DNA from: Candidatus Hadarchaeales archaeon
GTDB taxonomy: Archaea > Hadarchaeota > Hadarchaeia > Hadarchaeales > Hadarchaeaceae
NCBI GenBank assembly: GCA_038872135.1
Contig: JAVZGN010000001.1
Span: 147 to 64,146, forward strand
DNA length: 64,000 nt
Direction of reading: 5' to 3'
Positions 39,027-48,369 of the stretch are shown here, piece after piece; the first letter of the stretch is position 1, and each line of letters starts with the position of its first letter. Below the pieces are notes generated by a model. That model ran no database searches and was not told the DNA's origin. It was given only the letters and a program-made list of their open reading frames with translations. The position numbers were made by a program, and so were the translations under genes.

Positions 39027-39557
39027 ATGAAAAGGGAAATCCAAAGCCGGCGACTCTACCGGCTCCTCTATCCCAGGCAAGTGATTCTAGTCAGCAGTTT
39101 GGACCCATCTACTGGAAAGCCGAATGTTCTCCCAGTTGCTTGGGCCACACCTCTTTCTGCAGAACCCCCGCTCGTCGGGGTCCTGCTTACAAAAGAGCGC
39201 TACTCTCATAGTTTGATAGAAAAATCGGGGGAATTCGTGATAAACATTCCGACGATGGAACTCCTGGAAAAAATCAAGAAGTGTGGCAGCACTTCGGGAA
39301 GATCTATTGAAAAGTTCAAAGAATTTGGGCTCACGCCGCGTCCTGCATCAAAAATTCGAACCCCTCTCGTTGAAGAATGCATCGCTCACCTCGAATGTAA
39401 GCTGGTTAAAATTGTGGAGACAGGCGATCACATGTTGTTTATTGGTGAGATTGTGGCTGCCAGCGCTGATGAGGGGATTTTTGAAAATGAAATGATGAAC
39501 ATGGGCAGGGCGAAACTGGTTTATCATATAGGAGGAGATGATTACACAACATTTTAG
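39027..39557 (+). CDS. Flavin reductase-like protein
   Basis: PRQVILV, EFVINIP, CG..SG, ECIAHLEC, GDH. Confidence 0.9.
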   Translation: MKREIQSRRLYRLLYPRQVILVSSLDPSTGKPNVLPVAWATPLSAEPPLVGVLLTKERYSHSLIEKSGEFVINIPTMELLEKIKKCGSTSGRSIEKFKEFGLTPRPASKIRTPLVEECIAHLECKLVKIVETGDHMLFIGEIVAASADEGIFENEMMNMGRAKLVYHIGGDDYTTF

Positions 39558-39586
39558 AGTCCGCGGACATACTGGAGAGTGGTAGC

Positions 39587-39964
39587 ATGTTCGTCCCACC
39601 TTCAGAACCAAAAGAGCTCCTTCAGCTACCAGAGTTTCACTTTGGAGTAGCCACGATAATAGTCATCGCGGTCGGTGCTTCGGCAACAATTTCTGGAAGC
39701 GCATTTGGTATCTCAAACATAACGATGGGTCTAATAATGGCGTTAAGCACTCTTGGTTCTATTGGATATGTGGGGCACAGAATTGTTAGAGAGTTTTTTC
39801 CACCAATTCCCATTTTTACCGCTTTTGGCATTCTCCTATTAGTCGCCGGTATTCAGTCTCTTCTCACTTGGCCGTGGCACATGTGGACAAGCTGGGCGAC
39901 AATGATTTCGGGAGCGACTTCTTTATACGGAGTTTATAGAAAATCTCGTAGCAGAATTTTATGA
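39587..39964 (+). CDS. Hypothetical 4-TM membrane protein
   Basis: 125 aa hydrophobic ORF in operon-like position. Confidence 0.6.
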   Translation: MFVPPSEPKELLQLPEFHFGVATIIVIAVGASATISGSAFGISNITMGLIMALSTLGSIGYVGHRIVREFFPPIPIFTAFGILLLVAGIQSLLTWPWHMWTSWATMISGATSLYGVYRKSRSRIL

Positions 39965-40012
39965 TTTCTTTTCAGAGAAATCCTTATCCCCTCCAAAGGA
40001 AAAGAGTGTTTG

Positions 40013-40771
40013 ATGGTTCCCCTTAATCTTATATTTCTTGGGACAGCTGGGGCGGGAAAGAGTTCCCTCACGGCAACCTTTGGAAGGTGGATTGAGCATA
40101 ATACAGATCAGAGAGTGGCGTATATCAACTTGGACCCCGGGTGTGACTCTCTTCCTTTTGTTCCCGACTTTGATATCCGTGAGCGCTTTACGGTGGCAAA
40201 GATAATGGAGGAGGAGAAGCTCGGTCCAAATGGAGCCATGGTCAGGGCAGCAGAGCTGTTTGAGCAGAATGCAAAAGAAATTTCCAAAAGCGTGGATGAG
40301 ATAAAAGCAGATATAAGGCTCGTGGACACCCCCGGGCAGTTGGAGGTCTTCCTTTTTCACGGTGGAAGAGAGATAGCAAGTTTAATGAATGGAACTACCA
40401 TCTCACTGTTTCTTCTTGATGCGAAGCTTGCCACAGATCCCGGAGGTCTCGTCTTTACAAGTCTCTTTAATTTGGCGATAGGACTAAAGTTGGCTACCCC
40501 GACAGTTCCAGTTTTGAATAAGGTAGACCTAATTGGAACCGGCGTTGAGAAAATTGATTGGATGTTGAGCGATCCAGAAGTTTTGAAGAAACAGATACTG
40601 GAGGAAAGGCTGGGGATGGCAGCCGAAGTCATCCTTTCTCTGGCAGGCATCCTCTCCAATTTTCTTCCTCCGACCAGGATAGCGAGGGTGAGTGCGAAGA
40701 CTGGGGAGGGAATGTCTTCTTTGTATGATATAGTGCATGAAGTCTTCTGTGCCTGCGGGGATCTCACCTAA
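40013..40771 (+). CDS. GPN-loop GTPase
   Basis: GTAGAGKS, NLDPG, LGPNG, DTPGQLE, NKVD, SAK. Confidence 0.92.
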   Translation: MVPLNLIFLGTAGAGKSSLTATFGRWIEHNTDQRVAYINLDPGCDSLPFVPDFDIRERFTVAKIMEEEKLGPNGAMVRAAELFEQNAKEISKSVDEIKADIRLVDTPGQLEVFLFHGGREIASLMNGTTISLFLLDAKLATDPGGLVFTSLFNLAIGLKLATPTVPVLNKVDLIGTGVEKIDWMLSDPEVLKKQILEERLGMAAEVILSLAGILSNFLPPTRIARVSAKTGEGMSSLYDIVHEVFCACGDLT

Positions 40772-41235
40772 CTTTGGTGCTTGATGGCATGGATGAGTGG
40801 CTCATTGGAATCTGCTTTTATTGAGGTGTGGGTGATGAATGTCTCGGTTTCTTTTATGCCTTTCAGTTTATGTATTTTTTTCACGATTTCTCCGAGTTCA
40901 CCCTCATCTTTTGCCCAAATCTCGAGAATGGCGCTGAATCTTCCAAAAACTCTGTGAAAGTTTTTTACTTGGGGAATTCTTGTGATGACCTCCTCATTTC
41001 TCTTTCTGAGGGCAGCGTTGGGAGATTCATTCAGGAGGATATATGCTCTGAGATTCAATCCTAGTTGACGGGGGTCAATTTCTACGCTGAACCTCTTGAC
41101 CAGCGTTTTTTTGAGCTCCTCGATTTTTTTAGCAGCTGTCTGTCTAGAAACTCCTGCTCTCTTTCCGATCTCTATAGTAGGAAGCCTCGCATCTTCCATC
41201 AAACTTAACAGAATTTTCTTTTCATTTTCGTTCAT
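40768..41235 (-). CDS. Lrp/AsnC family regulator
   Basis: N-terminal HTH (L.EDAR), RAM domain (V.GRF, ETET.I). Confidence 0.88.
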   Translation of the reverse strand: MNENEKKILLSLMEDARLPTIEIGKRAGVSRQTAAKKIEELKKTLVKRFSVEIDPRQLGLNLRAYILLNESPNAALRKRNEEVITRIPQVKNFHRVFGRFSAILEIWAKDEGELGEIVKKIHKLKGIKETETFITHTSIKADSNEPLIHAIKHQS

Positions 41236-41236
41236 T

Positions 41237-41251
41237 TTAACAATTTGTTAA
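41237..41251. promoter_or_regulatory. Putative Lrp operator between lrp and pck
   Basis: Perfect inverted repeat TTAACAA-T-TTGTTAA. Confidence 0.55.
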
Positions 41252-41298
41252 CGAAAATACTTAAATACTTTACCATACAGAAATTCAAGGCTGATAGG

Positions 41299-43185
41299 AT
41301 GAAGGATGCAAAAAGGATGCTTTCGGGAATGATGAACGAAGAAAACTATAGAAAGCTTGCGGCAATTTCCCATCCAGAAGTTATTCAGTTTATTGCAGAC
41401 TCCGCGGAGTTGTGCGGACCAAAAGAGATTTTCATTTCTAATGACACTCCAGAGGATCTTGCGTACATCCGGAAGATGGCTATAGAAAGTGGTGAAGAAA
41501 AGGCAGACTTAAAGATGCCCGGCCACACCTACCACTTTGACGGCTATTTTGATCAGGGGAGAGACAGAAAGGTTACAAAGATCCTAGTTCCTGCTGGAGA
41601 TCACATAAGCCCAAACATAGAAGAGATCGAGAGGGAAGCGGGGTTGAAAGAAATTCAAGAGTTGCTCAGAAACTCCATGAGCGGCAAAACGATGATAGTG
41701 CGGCTTCTGACCCTCGGCCCTCCGGGCTCTGTCTTCACAATCCCCTGCATGGAATGTACAGATTCATGGTATGTGGCCCATTCGGTTAGTCTCCTATACA
41801 GGAGAGGTTATGAGGTGTTCAAGAAGCTACCCCCCACCGCGGAGATTTTCAAAACGCTTCATTCAGCCGGTAGGCTTGATGAGAGAAAGATAAGCGTTGA
41901 TCATGAGAAGAAGCGAATTTATGTTGATTACATCACAAACACTGTTTACAGCGTGAACACTCAGTACGCTGGAAATTCTGTGGGATTCAAGAAGTTAGCT
42001 CTGAGGCTGGCCATTAGAAAGGCCCACAGAGAAGGATGGCTTGCCGAGCATTTCATGATCATGGGGGTTAGAGATTCAAAGGGGAGGAAAACATACCTTG
42101 CAGGCGCTTTTCCGAGTGGTTGCGGGAAGACTTCAACAGCAATGCTTCCGGGGGAGACCATCCTCTCTGACGATCTCGCGTATGTCAGAAATATCGGTGG
42201 CGTTTGCAGAGGCGTGAATGTCGAGTCGGGTATTTTTGGAATTATTCAGAATGTGAACTCAAGAGATGACCCGCTCATCTATGAAGTGCTCACAAGTCCA
42301 AATGAAATTATTTTCTCAAATGTTTTGATCAAGGATGGAAGACCTTGGTGGCTGGGAATGGGCTGCGATCTCCCTAAAAGTGGTGTAAACTTTTCTGGGG
42401 AATGGTGGGAGGGGAAGACCGGCCCGGACGGGAAGGTGATACCACCTGCAAGTGAAAATGCAAGATACACGGTGGCATTGGAAGCGCTGAAAAATGCAGA
42501 TCCAGAGCTTCATAATCCAGAAGGTGTGGAGATCAGCGGGATAATGTTTGGTGGAAGAGACTATAGAGGATATGTTCCGGTACAGGAGAGTTTTGATTGG
42601 GAGCATGGGGTGATTGCATATGGTGCAGCGCTAGAAACCGAAACAACATTTGCGATAGTTGAGGAGCAGGGAAAATACGAGATAAATGTCATGAGCATCC
42701 AAGATTTTCTCACAATCCCTCTCGGTCAGTACATCAAGAATTATCTTGAGTTTGGAAGGAAGCTCAGGCGAATCCCCCGTATTTTCAGCGTCAACTACTT
42801 CTTAAGAGATGTGGAAACTGGGGATTTTCTGAACGAGCGCCGGGATAAGCACGTGTGGGTCAAATGGATGGCCCAGAGAGTCAACGGGGATGTCGGCGGA
42901 ATCGAGACTCCAACTGGAATAATTCCGATATATGAGGATTTGGTCCCGCTCTTTAGAGGAGTGCTGGGAAAGGAGTATAAAAGGGAGGAGTATAGGAAGC
43001 AGTTTACCATCAGGGTGAGGGAAAATCTTGGAAAGATTCGAAGGGTTCAGGAATTCTGGAAAAAGATTCCCGACGCCCCTGGGGAGATTTTCAAAGTGCT
43101 CGAAGCTCAGAAGAACAGACTCATTGAGGCTAGGGAGAAGTTTGGAGAGGAGTACATTGCCCCTGAAAAATTCCTAAAGAGATGA
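41299..43185 (+). CDS. pckG: Phosphoenolpyruvate carboxykinase (GTP)
   Basis: YAGN..G.KK.ALR, WLAEH, AFPSGCGKTSTAM, DD.A, NARY, FGGR, VNYF. Confidence 0.93.
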   Translation: MKDAKRMLSGMMNEENYRKLAAISHPEVIQFIADSAELCGPKEIFISNDTPEDLAYIRKMAIESGEEKADLKMPGHTYHFDGYFDQGRDRKVTKILVPAGDHISPNIEEIEREAGLKEIQELLRNSMSGKTMIVRLLTLGPPGSVFTIPCMECTDSWYVAHSVSLLYRRGYEVFKKLPPTAEIFKTLHSAGRLDERKISVDHEKKRIYVDYITNTVYSVNTQYAGNSVGFKKLALRLAIRKAHREGWLAEHFMIMGVRDSKGRKTYLAGAFPSGCGKTSTAMLPGETILSDDLAYVRNIGGVCRGVNVESGIFGIIQNVNSRDDPLIYEVLTSPNEIIFSNVLIKDGRPWWLGMGCDLPKSGVNFSGEWWEGKTGPDGKVIPPASENARYTVALEALKNADPELHNPEGVEISGIMFGGRDYRGYVPVQESFDWEHGVIAYGAALETETTFAIVEEQGKYEINVMSIQDFLTIPLGQYIKNYLEFGRKLRRIPRIFSVNYFLRDVETGDFLNERRDKHVWVKWMAQRVNGDVGGIETPTGIIPIYEDLVPLFRGVLGKEYKREEYRKQFTIRVRENLGKIRRVQEFWKKIPDAPGEIFKVLEAQKNRLIEAREKFGEEYIAPEKFLKR

Positions 43186-43189
43186 GTTT

Positions 43190-43666
43190 TTAGAAGAACT
43201 GGTATAGTTGCGTGAAAACTTCTTTGAGGTCGTTCGTCTGGTCCTTGTAGACTTCCGTGGCCCCTTTGTATCTAAGAGCATACACAATTCTCAGGGGGAT
43301 GATTTTTGAAAGGACAACGGCACTCGCACCCAGGAGAAGCTTTACAGAGGCCGCCCCTCCGGTGTAGTTTATTACAACTTCATCGGTCGGCTTTATCTGA
43401 CTGAAGACCTTTGAAATTGCGGCTCCCACAGACTTTATATCGAAGATGTCGCAAACCTGCCACACAACTTTTGTTCCGGTTTTTGAAGCCGCTCTTTCTA
43501 TCACCGTTTGGCTTGGCTCGGTATACCCACCAGCAGTCGCGATGTTTTTCATCTGAAAGTCAGAGCAGATGATGTAGGTGACATCTGGTTTCTCTTTTTC
43601 CAGCGCAAACTCCACTGTTGCTGGTACTTCTCCGAGCCCCTGTATGAGTATCTTCACCTTCTCCAT
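43190..43666 (-). CDS. Stand-alone CARF-like Rossmann-fold protein
   Basis: IQGLGEVP.TV...L..EKPD...IICS, D.FD, VINYTGG, ..IVY pattern. Confidence 0.65.
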   Translation of the reverse strand: MEKVKILIQGLGEVPATVEFALEKEKPDVTYIICSDFQMKNIATAGGYTEPSQTVIERAASKTGTKVVWQVCDIFDIKSVGAAISKVFSQIKPTDEVVINYTGGAASVKLLLGASAVVLSKIIPLRIVYALRYKGATEVYKDQTNDLKEVFTQLYQFF

Positions 43667-43891
43667 TTTTCATAAATCTGGGGGGATTTATGGTTTTCTC
43701 TTGAGGCGAATGCAACGAAAAATTCAGATAAAAATAACTCCCGCCGCCGAGTTTCAACGTTGTCGGCAACACAAAAAGGTGCTAAAAATAATTTCTCGTC
43801 CCTCCTTTCTTGTTCAATCCCAGAATTCTTGAATTTTCAACGAGTCCAGATACAAAAATTTAAATGCTCCCGCAAAGTCAAGAGTGGTGAA

Positions 43892-44476
43892 ATGATGGTT
43901 AAAAAAGATCTGAAGGGCAGCAAAACCGAGAAGAACTTGCTCACGGCTTTCGCGGGGGAGTCTCAGGCCAGAAACCGCTACACATTTTATGCCGAGGTCG
44001 CTAGGAAAGAGGGTTACGAGCAGATTGCAGCGATATTTGAGGAAACGGCTTGGAATGAGCGGGCACATGCCCAGCGCGAGTTCCAGTTCCTGAAGGGCGG
44101 CGAGGTGGAGATTCAGGCGGCGTTCCCTGCTGGCGTTATCGGGGACACGAAGGCCAACCTGAAAGCAGCGGCAGATGGCGAGCACTATGAGTGGACAACC
44201 ATGTATAAGGAGTTTGAAAAGGTGGCGCGGGAGGAAGGATTCACGGAGATTGCGGATGTTTTCAAAGAGATAGGAGAGGTAGAGCAGCAGCATGAGGAGC
44301 GGTTTCTAGCGTTGCTAAAGAACATTACCGAGGGAAAGGTCTTCAAGAAGGACCGTCCCGTGAAGTGGAAGTGCCGCAATTGTGGATATGTACACTACGG
44401 AACATCTGCCCCGAAGAAATGTCCGGCATGTGGATACCCACAGAGCTACTACGAAGTGATGGCGGCGAACTATTAG
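43892..44476 (+). CDS. rbr: Rubrerythrin
   Basis: [27 protein letters not shown]...CPACG. Confidence 0.95.
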   Translation: MMVKKDLKGSKTEKNLLTAFAGESQARNRYTFYAEVARKEGYEQIAAIFEETAWNERAHAQREFQFLKGGEVEIQAAFPAGVIGDTKANLKAAADGEHYEWTTMYKEFEKVAREEGFTEIADVFKEIGEVEQQHEERFLALLKNITEGKVFKKDRPVKWKCRNCGYVHYGTSAPKKCPACGYPQSYYEVMAANY

Positions 44477-44851
44477 TGTAGAGGCAGAAGACGGCCGGGA
44501 TCTAGATCTGCGGCTTGAACGCTGGAACTCTCTCGCTCGTGCTTCTAAGAAATGGCCGAAGAGGCATTCACAAAAGGCATTGTAGGTCCCCCCGTGAATA
44601 GTCAAATATCTCTCCCCACTACGCAGACATTTTGATCTGCTACGAGGATCGTGCTTTACGTTATTCTAGAGTAGTGTGAGCTTTACCTTTTGTTTCTAGC
44701 CTTCTTTGTCCGTAAATCACTTGGAACACATCTTTTATTGTCATTTGCGTTGAGCGGTCATATTTTTTTGAAGTTTTAGAATTCTTAACTCCTCCAGACC
44801 GGGTTTTGGGTTTGATTTTTATAAGTCCACATAAATAGATGCTGTGAAAGG

Positions 44852-45820
44852 ATGAAGCTCGGACGGGATTACACCAATTGTTTGGTCTTCGAGCATTTGA
44901 GCGACGAAGAAAAGAGGGCATTTGAGAGAGGCGAAATCGACCTGGGCTCGATGAACGCATTGGCTCTAGAGAAAGCAAAGCTGGACGTTCAGAAGCAGAT
45001 AGATGTGACGCTTGAGCTGGGACTTCAACATATAGAACTCGATGCTGACTCCCCCAATCCCTACCTCAGACTAGATGAAAAGCAGAGGAATGATATAAGA
45101 AATATGGCGGAGGACAGTGGTATTTCTCTCTCCCTTCATCTCCCATATTCCTATGTTGGGGGAAGCATATGCTCCCTCCAGGGGACTGATAGAAGGATGG
45201 CGGTTGACCTTTGCAAGGAATGCATGAGGTTTGCGGCAGACATTGGAGCAGAATCTGTAAATGTTCATCCTGGGAGCGCCCCATTCTACCAGCGCTATGG
45301 AAGGTACATGGAACAAATCCGCGCGAGCCTTTTCAAAAGCCTCCTCGACCTCTCAAAATACGCAAAGGAGCTGGGGCTCTGTCTTTTGCTCGAGAACAAC
45401 ACAGCTTTTGACGGAATTTTCAGTGAGGTTGGAGAGTGTCTGTCTCTTATCTCAGAGCTAAGGGAGAAGAATGCTGAGATATACTTCAATTTTGACATTG
45501 GCCATTGGTTCACGAGAGCCGATGTCGGGCAGGAGATTCCAAATCCCCCAGAGTCGATAATGGAACAAATTCCACCAGATTTTATAAAGGAGCTTCATCT
45601 CAATGACTATGTGCCGGTTGAAAAAATGTTTCACCCCCCGCTTCATCTTGAGCTAGGTCTCCTCAAGTTTGGGAATCTCCAGAGATATGCGAGGATTGTC
45701 AAAATGAAGCGGGTGGAGTTGATAGTTTTGGAGACTTCCCTCAAAAGCGTTGAGCAGGTTCTCCACTGGGAAGAATTTTTGAAGAGGGAGACCGATTTTG
45801 TCAAGCAGATTTTTGACTGA
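44852..45820 (+). CDS. Xylose isomerase/AP endonuclease 2-like TIM barrel protein
   Basis: SLHLPY, VHPG, LEN, FDIGH, LHLND, H.P, LE. Confidence 0.82.
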   Translation: MKLGRDYTNCLVFEHLSDEEKRAFERGEIDLGSMNALALEKAKLDVQKQIDVTLELGLQHIELDADSPNPYLRLDEKQRNDIRNMAEDSGISLSLHLPYSYVGGSICSLQGTDRRMAVDLCKECMRFAADIGAESVNVHPGSAPFYQRYGRYMEQIRASLFKSLLDLSKYAKELGLCLLLENNTAFDGIFSEVGECLSLISELREKNAEIYFNFDIGHWFTRADVGQEIPNPPESIMEQIPPDFIKELHLNDYVPVEKMFHPPLHLELGLLKFGNLQRYARIVKMKRVELIVLETSLKSVEQVLHWEEFLKRETDFVKQIFD

Positions 45821-45848
45821 CGGCTCCTCTTCAGGCGAAAGGGAGGGC

Positions 45849-46364
45849 ATGAAATTGATAGTTTTTCACGCGGATGAATGCGATCCAAAGCGCTGTACCG
45901 CCAGGAAGCTGGCGAGGGCAGGAAAGGTGGAACTCGTGAGGGTGCCGTCTGATCTTCCGAAAAATGCTGTTCTTCTCGACCCCTTTGCCGAAACAGCGCT
46001 GTCAAGAGGAGACAGAGAACCTGCGATTAATGCCGGGCTTGTGGCATTCGACTGCTCATGGAAGAGGATAAAGGAATTTCCTCAAGCCATCAGGAAAAAA
46101 ATGGTCTGTCGCGCTCTCCCCTATCTTGTGGCCGCAAATCCAACGAATTATGGAAAGCCAACGATTTTGAGCACGGCTGAGGCTCTTGCTGCAGCCCTTT
46201 TCATCTTGGGGGAGAGAGCTCAGGCAAAGGAACTCTTGAGCATTTTTAAATGGGGAGAAGGCTTCTTCCATCTGAATGGAGAGCTTCTGGAAGCATATTC
46301 TACCGCGAGCACGAGTTCCCAGGCGGTGGCAATCCAGCAGAAATTTCTCGAGATGCGCAGATGA
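45849..46364 (+). CDS. tsr3: rRNA aminocarboxypropyltransferase Tsr3 (DUF367)
   Basis: CDPKRCTA.KL, DCSW, RALPYLVAANP.NYG, LST.EA.AAAL, FKWG..F. Confidence 0.93.
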   Translation: MKLIVFHADECDPKRCTARKLARAGKVELVRVPSDLPKNAVLLDPFAETALSRGDREPAINAGLVAFDCSWKRIKEFPQAIRKKMVCRALPYLVAANPTNYGKPTILSTAEALAAALFILGERAQAKELLSIFKWGEGFFHLNGELLEAYSTASTSSQAVAIQQKFLEMRR

Positions 46365-46396
46365 TTTAAATTTAGCGTCAGATTGTTGATGAGAAC

Positions 46397-46570
46397 ATGA
46401 GAAGAGAAAGGGAGAGGATGCCTGCAAGCGGCGCCGGGCTCATGAGATATTTTGAGGAGGAGGGCCCAGGCAGGAAAATTCCTCCAAAGCTGATGCTCTA
46501 CTTTGTCATAGGAGTTATAATCTTTGAAATCCTGCTGAGGTTCATCGGTCAAACTCTGCTAGGATTTTAG
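46397..46570 (+). CDS. secG: Preprotein translocase subunit Sec61beta (archaeal SecG)
   Basis: 57 aa MRRERERMPASGAGLMRYFEEEGPGRKIPP followed by one TM; below the ORF-track cutoff. Confidence 0.9.
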   Translation: MRRERERMPASGAGLMRYFEEEGPGRKIPPKLMLYFVIGVIIFEILLRFIGQTLLGF

Positions 46571-47421
46571 GATTTTGCCATCATCTCCAAGCGTCTAATT
46601 CTTTCCTCCGGTGGCGGGTGGGTGGAAAATAGGCTAAGCAGCTTTACCCCTCTAAAAGGGTTGACTATGAAGAGGTGGGAGGTGGAGGGGTTGCCGGAAG
46701 CCAGAGGTCTCGCCTTCGCCGCAGATTCAAGTTTTTTCAGGGCGCTTGCGAGGGCCAGAGGCTTACCGGAGATATTTGCGCCACCTCTGTCTGCTTCGTA
46801 CTCTCTTCCCCTAGATATAGCAAGCCTGACGAGCATTGCAGCGAATGGCACCAAGAGAAAGGCGAGAAGGGCAATGATCCCCGCCCCGCTGTCCCTTTCA
46901 CTTCTTCTTGGTGCAAAATATGAGAAATAGAGGGCATAAGTTATGGCCGCGCCAATCATGGCAGCCAAGGTGTTTATCAGCATGTCTCTGTTTTTGATGT
47001 GGGCGAGTTCATGCCCAAGGACGCCCTCAAGCTCCTCATCGTTAAGGAGTTCAAGAGCCCCTTTTGTGACGGCGACAACCGAGTGGGACGGGGAGCGACC
47101 GGTGGCGAAGGCGTTTGGGGTATCGATGGGGACAACGGCGACCCTTGGCTTTGGGATTTTCGCGATTGCGGAGAGCCGCTCAACGATTTTATGGAGTCTA
47201 GGTTCCTCGGCGGGTGAAACAACTTTTGCCCGGTACATTGCGAGAACCCACCTATCGGCAAAGAAATACATGAAAAGGTTGAGTAGGATTGCCATTGCCA
47301 GCGCTGCGGTTAAAGAGTATTCAATCCCGATGCCGGTGACATAGCCAACTATCCACCCAACCAACATCAGTAGCCCCGTGAGCACACCCATGAGGAGAGC
47401 AGTTCTCGATAATCCGCCCAT
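46567..47421 (-). CDS. htpX: Zinc metalloprotease HtpX
   Basis: PNAFATGR, HELAH, ISR.REY.AD, FSTHPP..ERI. Confidence 0.95.
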   Translation of the reverse strand: MGGLSRTALLMGVLTGLLMLVGWIVGYVTGIGIEYSLTAALAMAILLNLFMYFFADRWVLAMYRAKVVSPAEEPRLHKIVERLSAIAKIPKPRVAVVPIDTPNAFATGRSPSHSVVAVTKGALELLNDEELEGVLGHELAHIKNRDMLINTLAAMIGAAITYALYFSYFAPRRSERDSGAGIIALLAFLLVPFAAMLVRLAISRGREYEADRGGANISGKPLALASALKKLESAAKARPLASGNPSTSHLFIVNPFRGVKLLSLFSTHPPPEERIRRLEMMAKS

Positions 47422-47479
47422 TTTCCCTTTTTAGATGGGTGGAGAATTCATTTAAGAGTTTTGCTGGGGAGTTCAAGTG

Positions 47480-48265
47480 ATGTTCAGGAGAGATGGAATG
47501 TTGGCGATTTTGGACGAAGAGTTTAAAGGGAGGGTCTTGGTTGCTGGGGACATTCACGGGGACCTCGAGGCATTTCTGAGTATTCGGAAGATATTTGGGG
47601 AAGATCAGGAGGCCCTTCTGATATTTCTGGGGGATTATGCAGATCGGGGCGAAAATGGGCTGGAGGTTATTCGCGGGGTTGCAGAACTTGTGGAGAAGAA
47701 TCCAGAGAGGATCATCCCGCTAAAAGGAAACCATGAGGATTACAGGGATGGGGAGCCGTGGTTTTCCCCTTGGACCCTCGGGGAGGAGGTTGAGGCTAAG
47801 ACGGGGAGCTCGTGGGAAGATTTTCTACCGGAGCTCGAGGATTTTCTTGGACGACTTTTTCTCGCGGCGCTCATCCCAGAGGCGGCGATTTTCGTCCATG
47901 GAGGCATGTCTTCAAAGGTAGGCGAGGTGAGACGGATAGTTGAGCCGAGCAGGGAGGTGGAGGAAGATATTCTCTGGAGTGATCCGATGGATGAAGATGG
48001 TGAACTTCCAAACCCTAGAGGAGCGGGCGTCCTGTTTGGGCCGGATGTGAGCAGGATGGTTCTGGAGAGGCTGGGCGTGAAGATGGTCATAAGGGGCCAT
48101 CAGCCGCAGAAGGCATATGATGGGCCATTCTTTGAGCATGAGGGGAGGGTGGTGACGCTTAGTTCAACGAATGTTTATGGAGGAAGGCCGTTTCTTTTGG
48201 ATTTTAGATGTGGTGAGGATCTTAAGCGGGAAAAGATGGACGTGATATATCTCGGGCAGAAATAG
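47480..48265 (+). CDS. PPP-family Ser/Thr protein phosphatase
   Basis: GDIHG, GDYADRG, GNHE, HGG, LWSDP, RG.G..FG, RGHQ. Confidence 0.88.
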   Translation: MFRRDGMLAILDEEFKGRVLVAGDIHGDLEAFLSIRKIFGEDQEALLIFLGDYADRGENGLEVIRGVAELVEKNPERIIPLKGNHEDYRDGEPWFSPWTLGEEVEAKTGSSWEDFLPELEDFLGRLFLAALIPEAAIFVHGGMSSKVGEVRRIVEPSREVEEDILWSDPMDEDGELPNPRGAGVLFGPDVSRMVLERLGVKMVIRGHQPQKAYDGPFFEHEGRVVTLSSTNVYGGRPFLLDFRCGEDLKREKMDVIYLGQK

Positions 48266-48369
48266 CCTAGCGACCCGCGTCATCAGCTCTGGAGATATGT
48301 CTTCAAGATTGAATTGTAGTCCGGTAGGCCGGTTTACCTTTTTTTATGAAGTATCCCACCGTGTGAAGT

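Noticed and set aside
44477..44851. Intergenic stretch after rubrerythrin with short ORFs
   Set aside because: No convincing coding motif or RNA structure
48270..48285. 9-bp match (ACCCGCGTC) to the tRNA-Gly T-arm region as a possible att site
   Set aside because: Too short, does not include the tRNA 3' end, and no integrase is present
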